Positions 51,355 to 64,000 of a stretch of 64,000 bases of DNA are shown in pieces. The stretch comes from Parasitella parasitica NRRL 2501. Lineage: Eukaryota; Fungi; Mucoromycota. The stretch covers positions 70,962 through 134,961 of the forward strand of contig MU619300.1 in assembly GCA_025201805.1 (NCBI GenBank). The letters are read 5' to 3'. The translations under genes were made by a program, and so were the position numbers. The notes under the pieces are model-generated. The model made no database searches. It was given only the letters and a program-made list of their open reading frames with translations, and was not told the DNA's origin. How positions within the stretch are numbered: position 1 is the stretch's first letter; each line of letters starts with the position of its first letter.

Positions 51355-52530
51355 ATGGCTCTCAATAGAAAAATTAGTAAGTATTTTCTTGGATTGCCTA
51401 AAGCTGGAAAGCTCACCATATACTCAGCTTTAAACACTGGCGCTACAATGCCCTTGGTCGGGCTTGGTACCTGGCTGTCCGAGCCTGATCAAGTCAGGAA
51501 GGCTGTCAAGTACGCACTTGAAACAGGCTATCGCCACTTGGATTGTGCGTATGTGTATCGCAACGAAGATGAAGTCGGACAAGGTATCCGTGAATCTGGA
51601 GTACCCAGAAGTGAAATATTTATTACTTCCAAGGTAGAGGAATAAGACGCACGTCATACTACTGTATTTGATTTTAAGCATGTTGATATACATAGCTCTG
51701 GAATACTCATCATCGCAAAGAATACGTCAAATCGGCTGTAAAGGCATCTCTTCAAGCTTTAGGTCTGGAATACCTCGATCTCTATCTGGTCCATTGGCCA
51801 GTCTCGTTTGTTGTAAGTTTCAAGGATTCACGTAAATGCGAGATAATGACATACCAACTGCACGTTTAGAACGCTGGAAAGCCCGAAGAAACTCCTGTAG
51901 TACCTACTGTTGACTATCTCAACCCGAAAAAGTAAGTTGGAACATATACAAGAAAGCGTACTTGGCAGACGATTTTGATATTTACAATGCTCGGGTAGGG
52001 ATGGCCAAATTCAAATTGAACAGGTTGATCCGCTGGAAACATGGAGGGCCATGGAAGAGCTTGTTGACGAAGGTCTTGTCAAAGCCATTGGCCTTTCCAA
52101 CTTCAATATCCAAAAGATTCAGGCAGTTCTCGATGACGCCAGGATCAAGCCTGCACAACTGCAAGTTGAGTTGCATCCTGGATTGCAGCAGCCTGAGCTT
52201 GTTGAATTCTGCCACAAGAATGGCATTCATGTAACTGCCTATTCTCCCCTCGGCAACAATGTTTATGGGCAAGAGCGCATTGTTGATGATCCTATCATTG
52301 TTGATCTTGCGAAAAAGCTAAACAAGTCCCCTGCCCAAGTATGCATCGCGTTTGCCGCTCAAAGAGGCATTGTTGTCATTCCCAAGAGTGTCACTGAGTC
52401 TCGAATCAAGGAAAATTTCCAAGATTTTGAGCTTTCTAAAGAAGATTTCGATGCCATTGCTAGCTTGGGATCTAGAAATATTCGCTACAATGATCCTGGT
52501 GTTAAGGAATGGAATTGCTCCATCTTTTAA
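51355..52530 (+). CDS. Aldo/keto reductase, multi-exon
   Basis: [65 protein letters not shown]. Confidence 0.95.
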
Positions 52531-52686
52531 TAAACCTGATTTCAAGATGTTAGTATACTCGCTTGGATGGTTTTTTGTGTAATCCCAAATCGGGCGTCTG
52601 AAACCCCCCTCTTGAGCCATTTCAATCATTCGCCCCTTTTTTTTTTTTTTTTTTCTATACCAATACACATCATCACTTGCTCGGAT

Positions 52687-53839
52687 ATGAGCGTACTGGA
52701 TTATATCGGTAGGGCTGTGGAAGCATGCTCATACAATTTCAGACCTGGGAATGAGACTGATTTTGCAGACTCTCTGGGAGGCTCATGGTAAGATTAAAGT
52801 GGCGGTAGATTATTCTCAAAACTGATGGATTCAAGCAAGGTATGTGTCTCCCACAGCACACGGCATTGAGTTCTTGACTGTGGTACCTTTTTATCTGGCC
52901 ATGACGGCGTATTTTGGATATAAAGCCGTAGTCAAAAAGTAAGACGTTAGGGTTATATAATACGAAAATTGACAAGATGGGACTGAAGGCGTTTGCAGCA
53001 CACAGAACTTCAGCATGCTGAAAACAGTGAAAAATAGACCCTCAAGGCCAGCATTGGAGACGCTTTGCTTGATCCTCGTGATTGCGTCATATGCAGTAAC
53101 TGTTATACACAAGTCTGTTACAGGAACAAAATACTTTTTATTACAGGTAAACAGCAATATGTAGCCCGAAACAAGATGCATGTCAACAGACTGAACAATC
53201 AAGAAATAGCCTTGCCATGCAAGCGCAGTTATTCTGATTGTCATTATGGCGTGGCCTAATGATATGCCACAGTTTGTGCCTCAGCTACTATTCAACATCT
53301 ATTTGCATACTTTATGGGGATCTGTTTTGGCATTGGTATTTCCAGATTTAAGAGACCATGACATGTTGGGCGAGGTGTTCAACTTTTTTTTGGGTAATTG
53401 TACTTGCATGGATGGGACACAGTCGAACAATCACATTGACATTTCGACAGAACATGGGCTCATTCTAGTGCTGCCATTCTACCTACTGACGACCAAACGA
53501 TACGTTGTCCTACCACTCGATGTAAATATGGCACTCTTCAGCTTCTTTTTGTATGCATCCTATCATTCTCCTCTCCTCCATGCTGTGTCCCTATGGTCTG
53601 GCTATAATATCAACTATACCCTTGTTTCTCCTGCACGTAAGTTATTGTATACGCGCATTTTATACACGCAAGAGGTTAATCCTGCAATGGTAGTTGGATT
53701 TTTAATTGTAATTGGACATTGGTATCGCTTTGTCATGTACGGATCAGCATTTATTTTAATGTTTATAACCAGATATGTGGTCGTGGAGCTTTTCTCCAAG
53801 GCATTTTTAAATGTAAAAGACTCTAAAAAGTCTCTATAA
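52687..53839 (+). CDS. TMEM164-like multi-pass membrane protein, multi-exon
   Basis: YFLLQ-PCHASAVIL (PCH at 53210-53218), LHTLWGSVLALVFP, EHGLILVLPFYLL, NINYTLVSP; several TM helices. Confidence 0.65.
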
Positions 53840-55437
53840 AGTGTGTCTGTGTGTGTGGGGAGGGGAGGGTAGCTTCCAAATATTATACAGCTCATAAACA
53901 ATGAATGAAAATTTGCAAGTCTCTCGAATGCTTGATTTAGCACTGGGCCACGAAAAGGATGAATGGATGTTGCCAAAAGCCTCTCTTGCATTTCAACGCA
54001 GTCTGAGATCGAGGATTTTTACTTTGCAACTTTTTTCCATTTCGATACCTTGATACGCTTTGAAAGAATCCACCTGTTGTGTAAAAACCCACGCGAATGT
54101 GGTATTAGAAAGGCTAAATCACAGATTCACATTTGAAACATGGATTACCACAAAGTACTATGCCGATACGATAATGCATCCCATGGGCTGTTAAATGTGT
54201 TGTTATACGAGACAGTCATGTATTGGTTCGACCATTAAACAGTTTTGAAAGCATATCGAAAATAATTCTCGCCTTACCGCTCTTGTGCACCAGCCATCTG
54301 CTGCTAATTCGCATGCTCATGCTCTGATAGGCTCAGTGAACATGACAGCGATAAGGGCTCTTGGGACAATGCTTTGGGTATTTATTGCTTGTTACATACA
54401 GCACATATTTCGCTGATTTCGCTGATTTACGCTTCCTTTAATTTCAAAGCGACCATTAGCTTCAAAAAGCCGAGCCGTATGTTAAGTGAGACAATGCTTA
54501 ATTCTGTTGACAAGTAAATATAGAAATGAGAAATGCTCGAGTTAGGGGGTTGGAACGCATCATGACCAGTTAATCAGCACTCAAAGAATAAATGAGTTTG
54601 ATATTCCAGCCACAGATAGCATCGTCTACTAGTCCTACCAAGCATTGTGTAAGGACAGAAACTATAGTTATGTTTGAAAATGTCTATTAATTTCTGGGGG
54701 AATAAATTGTCATGGGTGTGGCCCAGATTATGAAAAGCTGTTCATCACTATGCTGTGCACAGAATAATGCATGCCTGACCAGTCGATGAATCAATTACAT
54801 GTCTCTTGCTCAAACTATTCAATCTTTTCTTGGTTGCTCAATGCTTAATTGCTGTGCAATAGAGAGACACTATGCCTATGTATTTCCATGTTGAATCATT
54901 GATAATAGACACACAAGGGTGACATGTTAGAGAGAAATGATTCCTGGCCTAGTTATCCTACATGTCGCCACTCATTTAACGACTCAGTTTATGACAACAA
55001 AGATCAAAGCAGGAAACACAAAAGGATGAAGCGCAGAGATAAGCAGAGAATGGCGAGCAAAAATCTCGTCGCACGCCGAGCTGTCCAAAGTGATACTAAA
55101 TTAACATAGAATATATGCCAACTCGAAATCAGGCAAAGTAGAAGGCATGCGGGTAGCACAAGTACGAATCAGGCCACAAAGATGCAAAATCAGTCGAAAA
55201 TACCAAGAGTCTTGTCATTGGAGCCCAAGAGAACATTTGTCAAACGACAATGCACGAGCTAATATAAGCCAGAAAAAAAAAACCAGGAGGAACAGCAAGA
55301 TAAAGTAAGGGTGAGGGGCTGGAAAGAGTTCCCCTTGAAAATTCCCTTTACATTTGATATAATGTTTGTTTGTGTACTTTGACCCATCTTGCTCTTTCTT
55401 TTCGTCTGCTCGTTTTTGTCTAAAAATAATTGCAAGA

Positions 55438-56253
55438 ATGGAGATTACAAGTGCGAGCAACGATTTTAAACTATGGTCACCACCGCTGCTGGATCTATCA
55501 CTGGATTCATTTTCTAACGATCTATTTCAAGAGTTTGACAAGACAAGATTGAGCATTCAAGACGGCGATGAATCTGATATCCAGACACAAGACAAGGTCC
55601 CTCCTGCACCTGCATTGTCTTCCAAGGAAAACTCTTTGAAGCAGCAGCACCAAGAACAAGAGCAAGACGAAGAAGAAGATGGCTCGTCAGCTGCAAATCT
55701 ATTCCGTAAATCATCTACATTTCTAAAAAAGAAATTGAGTACAAACGGCAGCCAACGAAACAGTGCAATTTCCACTGCTACAATTAATAACGCAGAAGAG
55801 ATATCCAACATTGCCTCACGCCAGTATCCTCCCAAGCCCTTGCAATACTCTCCAATTATTGAGCCTCCTTCTGATAAGAATAGCAGGCATAGTCGTGATA
55901 GTGCCAATGTGCTAACCATCACAGAAGAAGCGTCTGAAGAAGAAAACCACCATGACGCACAGCCAGCCACTGATAAACAGCAGGAGGAGGAGAGAGAGAA
56001 CGAAGAGAAGGCTGTAAGCCCTGCTCCTTCTTCTCCGTCTGTCATATATACAACAGCGTCGCCTCCAAATGTTGCTATTACAGTAACGACATCTTTAGAA
56101 AGTTCCACTACAGCAGATCGAACAGCACCTGTGTCCAATGCAACTCGAGCTGTTGTCAAACCATCGACTACCACTGCCGCCAATGCAGCACCAACGCTAG
56201 TAGCGCCTAATACACCCAAAAGACGATCCTTTTTCTCTTTTCGCTTTTGCTAA
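55438..56253 (+). CDS. Hypothetical low-complexity (S/T/E/A-rich) protein
   Basis: 271-codon open frame from ATG 55438 with disordered composition, ending RRSFFSFRFC*. Confidence 0.7.
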   Translation: MEITSASNDFKLWSPPLLDLSLDSFSNDLFQEFDKTRLSIQDGDESDIQTQDKVPPAPALSSKENSLKQQHQEQEQDEEEDGSSAANLFRKSSTFLKKKLSTNGSQRNSAISTATINNAEEISNIASRQYPPKPLQYSPIIEPPSDKNSRHSRDSANVLTITEEASEEENHHDAQPATDKQQEEERENEEKAVSPAPSSPSVIYTTASPPNVAITVTTSLESSTTADRTAPVSNATRAVVKPSTTTAANAAPTLVAPNTPKRRSFFSFRFC

Positions 56254-56780
56254 ACCAAGAAGAAACTCTATTTTTATATTGCATATAGATACATGTAGAT
56301 GTATGCTGGGACATAAACAGGATACTATTTTCAAATTTTAAATTAGGGGATGCAAAAGGGATCATGGTGCGCTCTTTATGTCTCACTAGGAGAAGCAAAT
56401 CTATATAATGTCGTCGATCCTACTGATCATTTAATACAATAAAGCATTCCTAAATTTCATTATATTACAGAAAAGTGTTGTGCATTGCGTTCAAGACGAA
56501 TGTTCATTGGTGGAGATACTCATACAACGACACACTTTGCTATTGTAGAAAAATTACGTGCAACAAATGGAATGGAGACTCGATGAAAATTGCTTTCACG
56601 CAGCAAAAAGCAACAGGCAAAAAAAGTACTGACTAATTGCTTGTTTTTTCGATTTTCGGACACTCGTGTGTTTTCAGCACCTGTTATCCGGCGTGGTTTT
56701 GTGACATTGAGCACATTGAGGAACACATAATCTGTAAAACTAAAATTTTCTTTTCACTCCTTTTCTTCAATTCAAAAGAA

Positions 56781-59700
56781 ATGGCGTCGCACTGCGGAAA
56801 CCCTCTTCTACGGGACTGGATGAAGGAAGAAATGAACAAGATCCAAACTGTCTCCAAAAACATCTATTTCACATACAAAAAAGTAACTCTACGATAAAGA
56901 TCGCTTCCCTTCGGTTTCTGACACAAATCATGCACAGGCCTATGAATCTCTCAGTAAATGTCCTTTAGAATTTGCGCATCCTGCCGAAGCTGTTGTGTTG
57001 GAGGGCATTGGGCCTGCCATTGTTAGGCTCCTCACTGACAAGCTTAAAGAATACTGCAGGGAGAACGGACTGCCGATGCCCCCAGAGCCAACAAAAGGTA
57101 CGAATCCTATCCATCAGCATTATAATTTTTTAAATTTTCCCCACTCATATCCGTGCAGTCAAAAGGAAACGAGCGGCGGCCCAGTTTGAAGACGACAATA
57201 TCCAAGTAGATGATAACGGAGAACCTATACCTTTTCGACCAGCTCCTAAAAGAAAGCAGAAAGCCTATGTCCCTAAATTTAGAAGCGGCGGCTATGGTAT
57301 TTTGGTGGCCTTGTTAGATATCCACGACGTTGGTAGAGCGGAGGCAACAGAGCAGCAGATTTGCAGATTGGCCCAAGATCATTGTGACGCATCGTATACC
57401 TTGAAAGAGCCAGGAAGCAATTATACCGCCTGGAACAGTATGAAAACACTAGTGGAAAAAGGATATGTATATAAAAACGGAACACCAAAAAAATACCAGT
57501 TGACAGAGACAGGATTTACACTAGCCGAGAGATTGAAGGAAGTGAATAGCGCTAATAGAGGCAGTAGAAGTGGAGGGTCTTCTTCGACGCCCAGAGCGAG
57601 ACCTACTGTGCTACCTACATCGTCAGGAGCAGCGTTTGCGGCAGCTATCGGCAGCGACAGCGATGAAGATGTCAATGCCATCGATCTAAGCCAATACGTC
57701 CTTAACCCTGACCAGTACTCTTCCATCTCTATCAACGGCCGCTCATCTGGGCCATCATCTAGCAACCCATCAACCGCGAGATTTCGTAGTTCCCGTAGCA
57801 CATTTGACGATGATTTGGATTTGGGCAGTATTGATTGGGATGCTGTTGATCGACAGGAACGACCACCAAATCCACCGCCATCTACGTTAACGACATCTTC
57901 GAGGGCTGATATTATGGCTGCGCTATCGGTTGACAATAGTAATAGTAGAGGCAGTAGCGCAAAGATTAGGTATACCAGAAAGCCAAAGAAAGACAAAGGA
58001 AGATCAACGGCATCCATTTTTGAGAGTTTGCTTGAAAGCATGGGAGGGGAAGAAGATCTTACTCGACCTGATATGAGTCTATACGTGATGAACCCAAGTC
58101 AACATCAAACAATTTCGCTGAACGGTCGAACCGTCACCAATACACCATCGCTTAATAGACCTGCCGACCGAAACCATAGCAACAAAAGTGCCAGCAATAT
58201 ACCCAGTAGATCGCCATCGAGTGCTTCATCTATCACGAATGCCGCCAGTACCTCTGCTTTTGCGCAACAAGTCATGAACGAAACCGACGGTCCCTCGTTT
58301 GGCGACCTTGTAAGGCCGACTAAATACAAAACACCTGCGACCTCATTGATACTTTTAAAAGACGCTGCCAAAAAAAAGGAAATAGCAACGAACAAACGGC
58401 AATACAACGTCGATGAATTCGAAATGGATCTTTCTGACATGCCTTCTTTACCACTACTTTTAGGCTCGTCGCAGCTTTCTCAGCCAACTCGAGACGACAT
58501 TGTTGATCTTTTATCATCGCCAGAGCCATCGCCAGAGCCATCGCCAGAGCCTCCATTTCGACCTGCTGTCTTGATGGACGACGATCTCACATTTGATAAT
58601 GATGATGATGTTGATCCAGACAAAGACTACTTTCCACTATCTCAATCACGGAACAAACACATAGCGGACAAAGCATTTCATTTTACATATCTGGACACAA
58701 ACAACCAACCGCAGAGGCACGTAGCCAAGGCAGCTGTGGAAATTGACCATGTTAGTGGTGGGCTGTCCTATCTGGTAAAATATCAAACAAAGCAAAGCAG
58801 CCATCCTAAAGCGCAGCATATGATAAAAAAGAAGGTAAAAAATGATTTTACGATAGCGTATCTTCCAGAGTTGCATACGGAAACAGTGTGTCCTGGGTTG
58901 CCTGCAGCGCCGATTTTACCGTTGCATCGTGAAGAAGAGGATAGCTTTTGGCCAGACACGACAAGCCCAAAAACCACTGTGCGCCAAAAGACAGCTGATT
59001 CAGCTTCCATTGCCAGTCAATCCCTCATGCAGCAATCATCTCAGAATGACTTGGAATCCCAACCCTTTTTCCCGCCCCAGAAGCAAAAGAAACTGGACTT
59101 TGATGCTCTGGTAGCTAGAGAACCCATTACTGAAACATTGCTCCCCGATGAATATGAAATTGTGCTCATTTTGGACAGCCGAGAGATTCAGATGAAGGGC
59201 AATCGAAGCTATTTTCAAGACAGTTTAGCTGCCAAAGGAGTCCAATGCATTACGCGATCCATGGATCTTGGTGATGTGATCTGGATCGCACGACCTATTG
59301 GCAGCACTAATCAAGCCGAAGAATTGTTCCTAGATTATATCCTGGAACGCAAACGACTAGATGATCTAGTGTCCAGCATTAAGGATGGCCGATTCGTGGA
59401 GCAAAAGACAAGATTGAAAAGGACAGGCGCCAAGAAGGTGATCTATGTCGTGGAAAACTACAATCGCGAAGAAGCCGAACGTTTTAGCCTCCAGGCTGTG
59501 CAGACTGCCATGTCCCTTACGCAAATAATTGATGGCATTTTTCTGAAGCGCACAAACACAATTGACGAGACCATTGAGTACCTCGTATCTGCTACAAAGC
59601 TTGTCAAACGCATCTATCAGGGCCATAAGCTGCACGCCATTCCAGGACACCTTATCACACGACAGAATTATCTGAATCTGAAGCAAGCCTATTCTACAAA

Positions 59701-60064
59701 AGAAGCAAACGCAGCTGACCCAGAAGCCTATTTGGTGAGTTACCCGTTGTTTGGTCAGCTAAATTCAAAGAATGGCTCGGTCAGCGTTCATGAGGTCTAT
59801 CTGAAGATGCTGATGACGATTCGCGGCGTCAATGCTGAAAGAGCTTTATCCTTGATGAAGGTTTATCCAACCCCAAGAGCGCTTTTAATGGCTTTTAAGG
59901 ATAAATCGCCAGACGACGCAAAGTGTTTGGCCAAAAATGCTACACAAAATCATATCAATCGGCGAAGATGGAATGCCAAGATCAGCGAAAACTTGTATGA
60001 CGTTTGGGGAGCTTTGCAATATCCTACCGAGCCCGCAACTGACGATGAAGAAGGGGATCATTAA
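56781..60064 (+). CDS. MUS81: Crossover junction endonuclease Mus81, two 5' introns
   Basis: CGNPLLRDW, YKKAYESLSKCPL, LEGIGPAI (HhH), YVPKFRSGGYGILVAL and TAWNSMKTLVEKGYV (winged helix), LILDSRE, LGDVIW, ERKRLDDLVSSIKDGRFVEQK (ERCC4 domain), C-terminal MLMTIRGVNAERA. Confidence 0.96.
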
Positions 60065-60299
60065 AAAAAAAATTACACTAGAAAGAATAAATACCAGGGA
60101 GTTTGCGTATTCATGTATCATTGTTATATAATACCACAGTTTGCGAATAAAATTACTATTGGCTGTATTTAGCCAATAACACATCTGATGACAACCGGAA
60201 TTTCATTTCTGCCATCATCATCATCATTAATTCCTTGTTCAACAACCAAAAAATTTGTCTCTTTGTTTCCGTCTACTTTTTATGACACAAAATTCCAAA

Positions 60300-61016
60300 A
60301 TGAGCGACTCAAAGCAAGAGATTAAACATGACGAGAAGCAGAACATTGAAGAGAACAAAGATGTGACAAAAAATGTAGAGAATAAAGATGCATCGGTTGA
60401 AGAAAAGAAAGAGACAGAAGTAGATCTATCAAAATGGACTCCTGTGTGGGATGATAACGCACAAGCCTACTACTGGTGGAATACAAACACGAATGAAACC
60501 ACATGGATTGACCCAAGCGCACCTGCCGAAGCTTATACTAAAGAAAGCCCGTCAACAACAACAGCAAGCACCAATCCTTTAGATTTTTTATTAGATAGGA
60601 TTGATAATGTTGTAAAAAAGAAATTGGACGGACAAGACGAGAATACACCCTACCCCAATAACAGCACATACACCACCGCCGCATCTTATGATCAATACTT
60701 TGACTCCAACGCTGGCACTAATGAACCATACACATCTCACGCACACTTTAATGCTAGAACTGGACGTTTTACAACACAAGCCGATGTAAATCGTTTGAAT
60801 CCAGAAATGCTCTCCATAGAAGCTCGTGCCACTAGACAAATGCAGAATTACTTTGACGTTGATAGTTATACCGAACAAAGAAATGCGCAATTAAACATGG
60901 CACAGGATGGAAGAATCAACAAGAAAAAACCCTTGACACGCAAAGAAGTCGAATATTTCAAAAAGATGAAAAAGGAAAAGAAATCCAAAAGAGCAAGAGA
61001 ATGGTTGCTGCAATAA
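60300..61016 (+). CDS. WW-domain protein
   Basis: WTPVWDDNAQAYYWWNTNTNETTWIDP; C-terminal AHFNARTGRF, RQMQNYFDVD and basic tail LTRKEVEYFK...RAREWL. Confidence 0.85.
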   Translation: MSDSKQEIKHDEKQNIEENKDVTKNVENKDASVEEKKETEVDLSKWTPVWDDNAQAYYWWNTNTNETTWIDPSAPAEAYTKESPSTTTASTNPLDFLLDRIDNVVKKKLDGQDENTPYPNNSTYTTAASYDQYFDSNAGTNEPYTSHAHFNARTGRFTTQADVNRLNPEMLSIEARATRQMQNYFDVDSYTEQRNAQLNMAQDGRINKKKPLTRKEVEYFKKMKKEKKSKRAREWLLQ

Positions 61017-61287
61017 GCATACTTTGTAAAGTGAAAAGAAAATAAAGGCAGGTTTTTTTTAAACCATGTTTTGGAAAAGCGTTATTTTCTGTTTTATAGT
61101 GATGTGTTTGTCGTAGCTGAGTCAAGGCTCATCAAAAGCAAAGATACGTATCCATGACAACATGAGCAGTTTGAAGCAGAAATTAAGGCCATTTGACAGT
61201 GTTTACATTCGCAATCATGAGCAAGTAAATACTGGAAATACTGGAAATAATACCACTGGATTCAATATGGTAATAAGAAACGACATT

Positions 61288-63104
61288 TTATTTTTTAGAA
61301 TCTGAATCGTATTTAGATTTCCAGATCCAATTGTTTCCCATTATACCTTGACCTTGCTTGTCAGCCATTCTATAATACTTGGCAGCCATGAATAAATTCT
61401 TTTTAACACCATGGCCATGATAATAGCAATGACCAAGGTCATTTTGTGCATCGGCATCATTCAGATCCGCAGCAATTTTAAAGTAATAGACGGCAGTCTC
61501 CTTGTTCTTCTTGCACTGCACAAAAGAGAACTGTAATATTAGCAAGGTCAAACTTGGTCGAAATAATCAACATACTCCCCAGCCATGTCTGAATGAAACA
61601 CCCAGCTCGTAGATAGCCATAATCAGTTCGCCTTTGGAAGCTGATGCACTTACTGCGTTGGAAAGATTGTTGAGGTCTTCTACAGCATGCTCAGCTGCTC
61701 TTTGAAGATACTGAAAGGCTAAATGTTCGTTTCTTTTGCAGCCCTACAACACATGTAGGTTTAGTATGCGAATCTACACCATTTCAAGACTTACCCATCC
61801 GTGGCGAAGAGAGACACCATACAAAAACATTGCAATTGGCAGATTCAATATGGAAGCCTGTTTAAACTTGTCTGTAGCTTGCTCTAATTTTCCAGCTTCA
61901 TGATATTTGATACCTTCATGCACAAGACCCTCAGCTTTGTTTTCTGGCTGCAATGAAAGCTTTTTGCTGGACGAAATTGCTTTCTTTAGGCTAGTATTGC
62001 GTAATATAGAGTGCGAACCCAATGGAGATGGAAGCGTATGATGGGATAGAGCTGTATTAGGTGAGGGTGTACTAGGTGAATAAAATGGAGATAACCCCAA
62101 GGGAGAGTTAGCGCTCCTAGAAGAGCCTGGAGTACTAAGTCCACCTGGAGTAAATAATGTTGTTGTTATTGCAGGTGAATTTTGTTGCATGGAAGATGAA
62201 CGAGTCGGGGTGGTAGCCACAAAATGTGCACTGTTTGGAGAAGAGGACGAGCGTATGGGAGTAGGCGGGATTACTAGAGGAGTAAGAGGAGGTTTTGGCA
62301 ATTTATTCGAGTTTACTGCTGTTGTAGAAGTTGAGGAGCTTGGCTTCATTGTCATGTTAATATTACTGTTGAGCTTCTTCTTTTGTGGTACAGGCTGTAA
62401 ATTGAAGTCGCTGATTTGTTCGCATACAGCCACTGAATGCTGAGGCACGTTGACATATGCATGTTGAACATGTAAAGGTGCGGACGTTGAAGTACCCGCT
62501 AATTGTATATTTGATTTTATGTGAGGACTGTGCTGTTTCTGATGGCGGTAAGGTTGAGGATTTACAGATTCAACCGCATGGGAAACAGGGATTTTATGCA
62601 TAGAATAATTTGCAATTGAAGGCTCAATCACGAGCGTTGACATGTTGGGCTCTATGAAAGTTTCTCGAGAAGAATATCCATGATGACCTGCTGGGTCAAT
62701 TAGAGATTCACGATCATAATAAAATTGCTGCTTAGTTTGGCTTTCCGGGTGTTGTAAAGACGATGTTCTGGCAGGCTGGATGTATGTCTTGAGTATGTAT
62801 TTCGTATCTAGTGACTAAGCAAACTTACCTGTCTCCAGTAATCACTATGATTAGTCTATGAATTTACAAATGTAAAATAATTTAGAGATAATATAGACTG
62901 GTACGACTCAAATATATATTATTACATGATAGTCATCGATGATAGATAAAGTAGAAGATATAGGAGCTATTCTATTGGGAATCACATATATGAATATAAA
63001 TTTGTATAGAATATGCATCTCATTCTGTACCTTGAGTTTGGAGTTGGATGGCTATTTTCATTATACAGATGCTCTACTGGGTGATAGGTATTACTGTTAA
63101 ACAT
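61288..63104 (-). CDS. Sel1-like repeat protein (Dsf2/Nif1-like), multi-exon; start position less certain
   Basis: GIKYHEAGKLEQA, AMFLYGVSLRHGWGC, AIYELGVSFRHGWGCKKNKETAVYYFKIAA, DADAQNDLGHCYYHGHGVKKNLFMAAKYYRMA, GNNWIWKSKYD. Confidence 0.85.
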
Positions 63105-64000
63105 TAAAGGGAGAAGGGAAAGGAAAAATTGAAGAAAAGGTGGCTCGAAGGAGAATTCTTGCCTACAGCTTGATATTTTTTTAAAAAAAAAAATAGGGAT
63201 AAAGAAATAAAGAAACAAGGATCTACGCACAACGATCAAGCACATAATATTTCAAATTATATATTGAAAAAAAAAAAGGGGGGGGGAGGAATTGGCTATT
63301 AGAGGCTACTGTAACACCATTTTTGGATAATTTTGTATCACGCATGTATAAACTATATATATTAATAAAATAGCTTGGAAAAGCAATGTATTCCGATACC
63401 ACTCTATTGAAATTAATATACGGTATTATATATTATTAGATAAATTCATTCTCCATGTACATTTTCTACTTGAAAGTACTACGGTGGCGCTGTGCATGCG
63501 CACAGAGAACGAACAATTGCGGTATGCTAAATTAAATTGATACCAGTAAATAGGGCTGATCCAACAAAAGTATACATTTTGCTAAAAAAAGGGAGTGAAG
63601 ATTTAAAAATAGAACTTTGAAGCTTGACATAATTTTGTAATAGTTATTAGATGATTCAATCGTTCAAGTAAACATATAATTTATGAAGAGGTGGGGGCCT
63701 TCATACTTTTTATTTGGCCTCATATATTGCAAACTATCTTTGTATTACATTCTTATGCAAAATGCTGTGTCCCTAAATTATCTAATATGATTTATAAATC
63801 GTCGATTAAACATGGTTTAACAAGAAGATCTCGGACTTGCTAAGAATGTAGGAAGTCATCCAATGTATAATTAATGCCTCGTTTGTTACGATAATAAGTT
63901 TGAAACATTCAAATACATCTAAACGACGCCTCGCCGAGAAATAAGATAAGCTGGTAGTAAAGGTTGGTAGGCTCTAATTGAACGTTTTGGCAACAAATAA

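Noticed and set aside
10827-60064. Apparent DNA-repair cluster (FANCD2, RNR-like, MUS81, SKP1)
   Set aside because: The genes are 18-21 kb apart and interleaved with unrelated housekeeping genes; nothing supports co-regulation or clustering beyond chance
63304-63490. Possible small MITE with imperfect terminal inverted repeats (gctactgtaacac / gtactacggtggc)
   Set aside because: Only 9 of 13 bases match, with no clear target-site duplication and no second copy in the window
1-64000. tRNA, rRNA or CRISPR arrays
   Set aside because: No cloverleaf, rRNA-like or repeat-spacer pattern recognised by eye; a tRNAscan/Infernal run would be needed to exclude small RNAs

Overview
Eukaryotic genomic DNA, AT-rich and gene-dense, with many ~50-70 nt introns. 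Gene content and transposon types point to a Mucorales fungus (inference). About 25 protein-coding genes are supported: AFI1/mesA-like, SKP1, GPN1, aldehyde dehydrogenase, a divergent serine dehydratase, FANCD2, an SREBP-type bHLH, an amino-acid transporter, YHM2, SUR7/PalI, a ribonucleotide reductase large-subunit homolog, two F-box proteins, a Rkm3/SETD6-like methyltransferase, a C2H2 array protein, VPS24, an aldo-keto reductase, TMEM164-like, MUS81, a WW protein and a Sel1-repeat protein. Mobile-element relics include two Fanzor/TnpB-like nuclease remnants, two L1/Tx1-type LINE fragments, Tc1/mariner fragments and a ~2 kb repeat present twice in inverted orientation around a ~20 kb block. 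The main finding is the RNR alpha gene (33404-35958). It is intact, spliceable and colinear with RRM1, but the catalytic and substrate-pocket residues are replaced (C218F, C429R, E431D, C444T, radical-relay Tyr to Gln, S202E, loop 2 rewritten). The ATP cone, specificity-site loop 1 and C-terminal CxxC are kept, so it is a candidate regulatory pseudo-RNR. Splice models and identity figures were derived by eye; no database searches were run.
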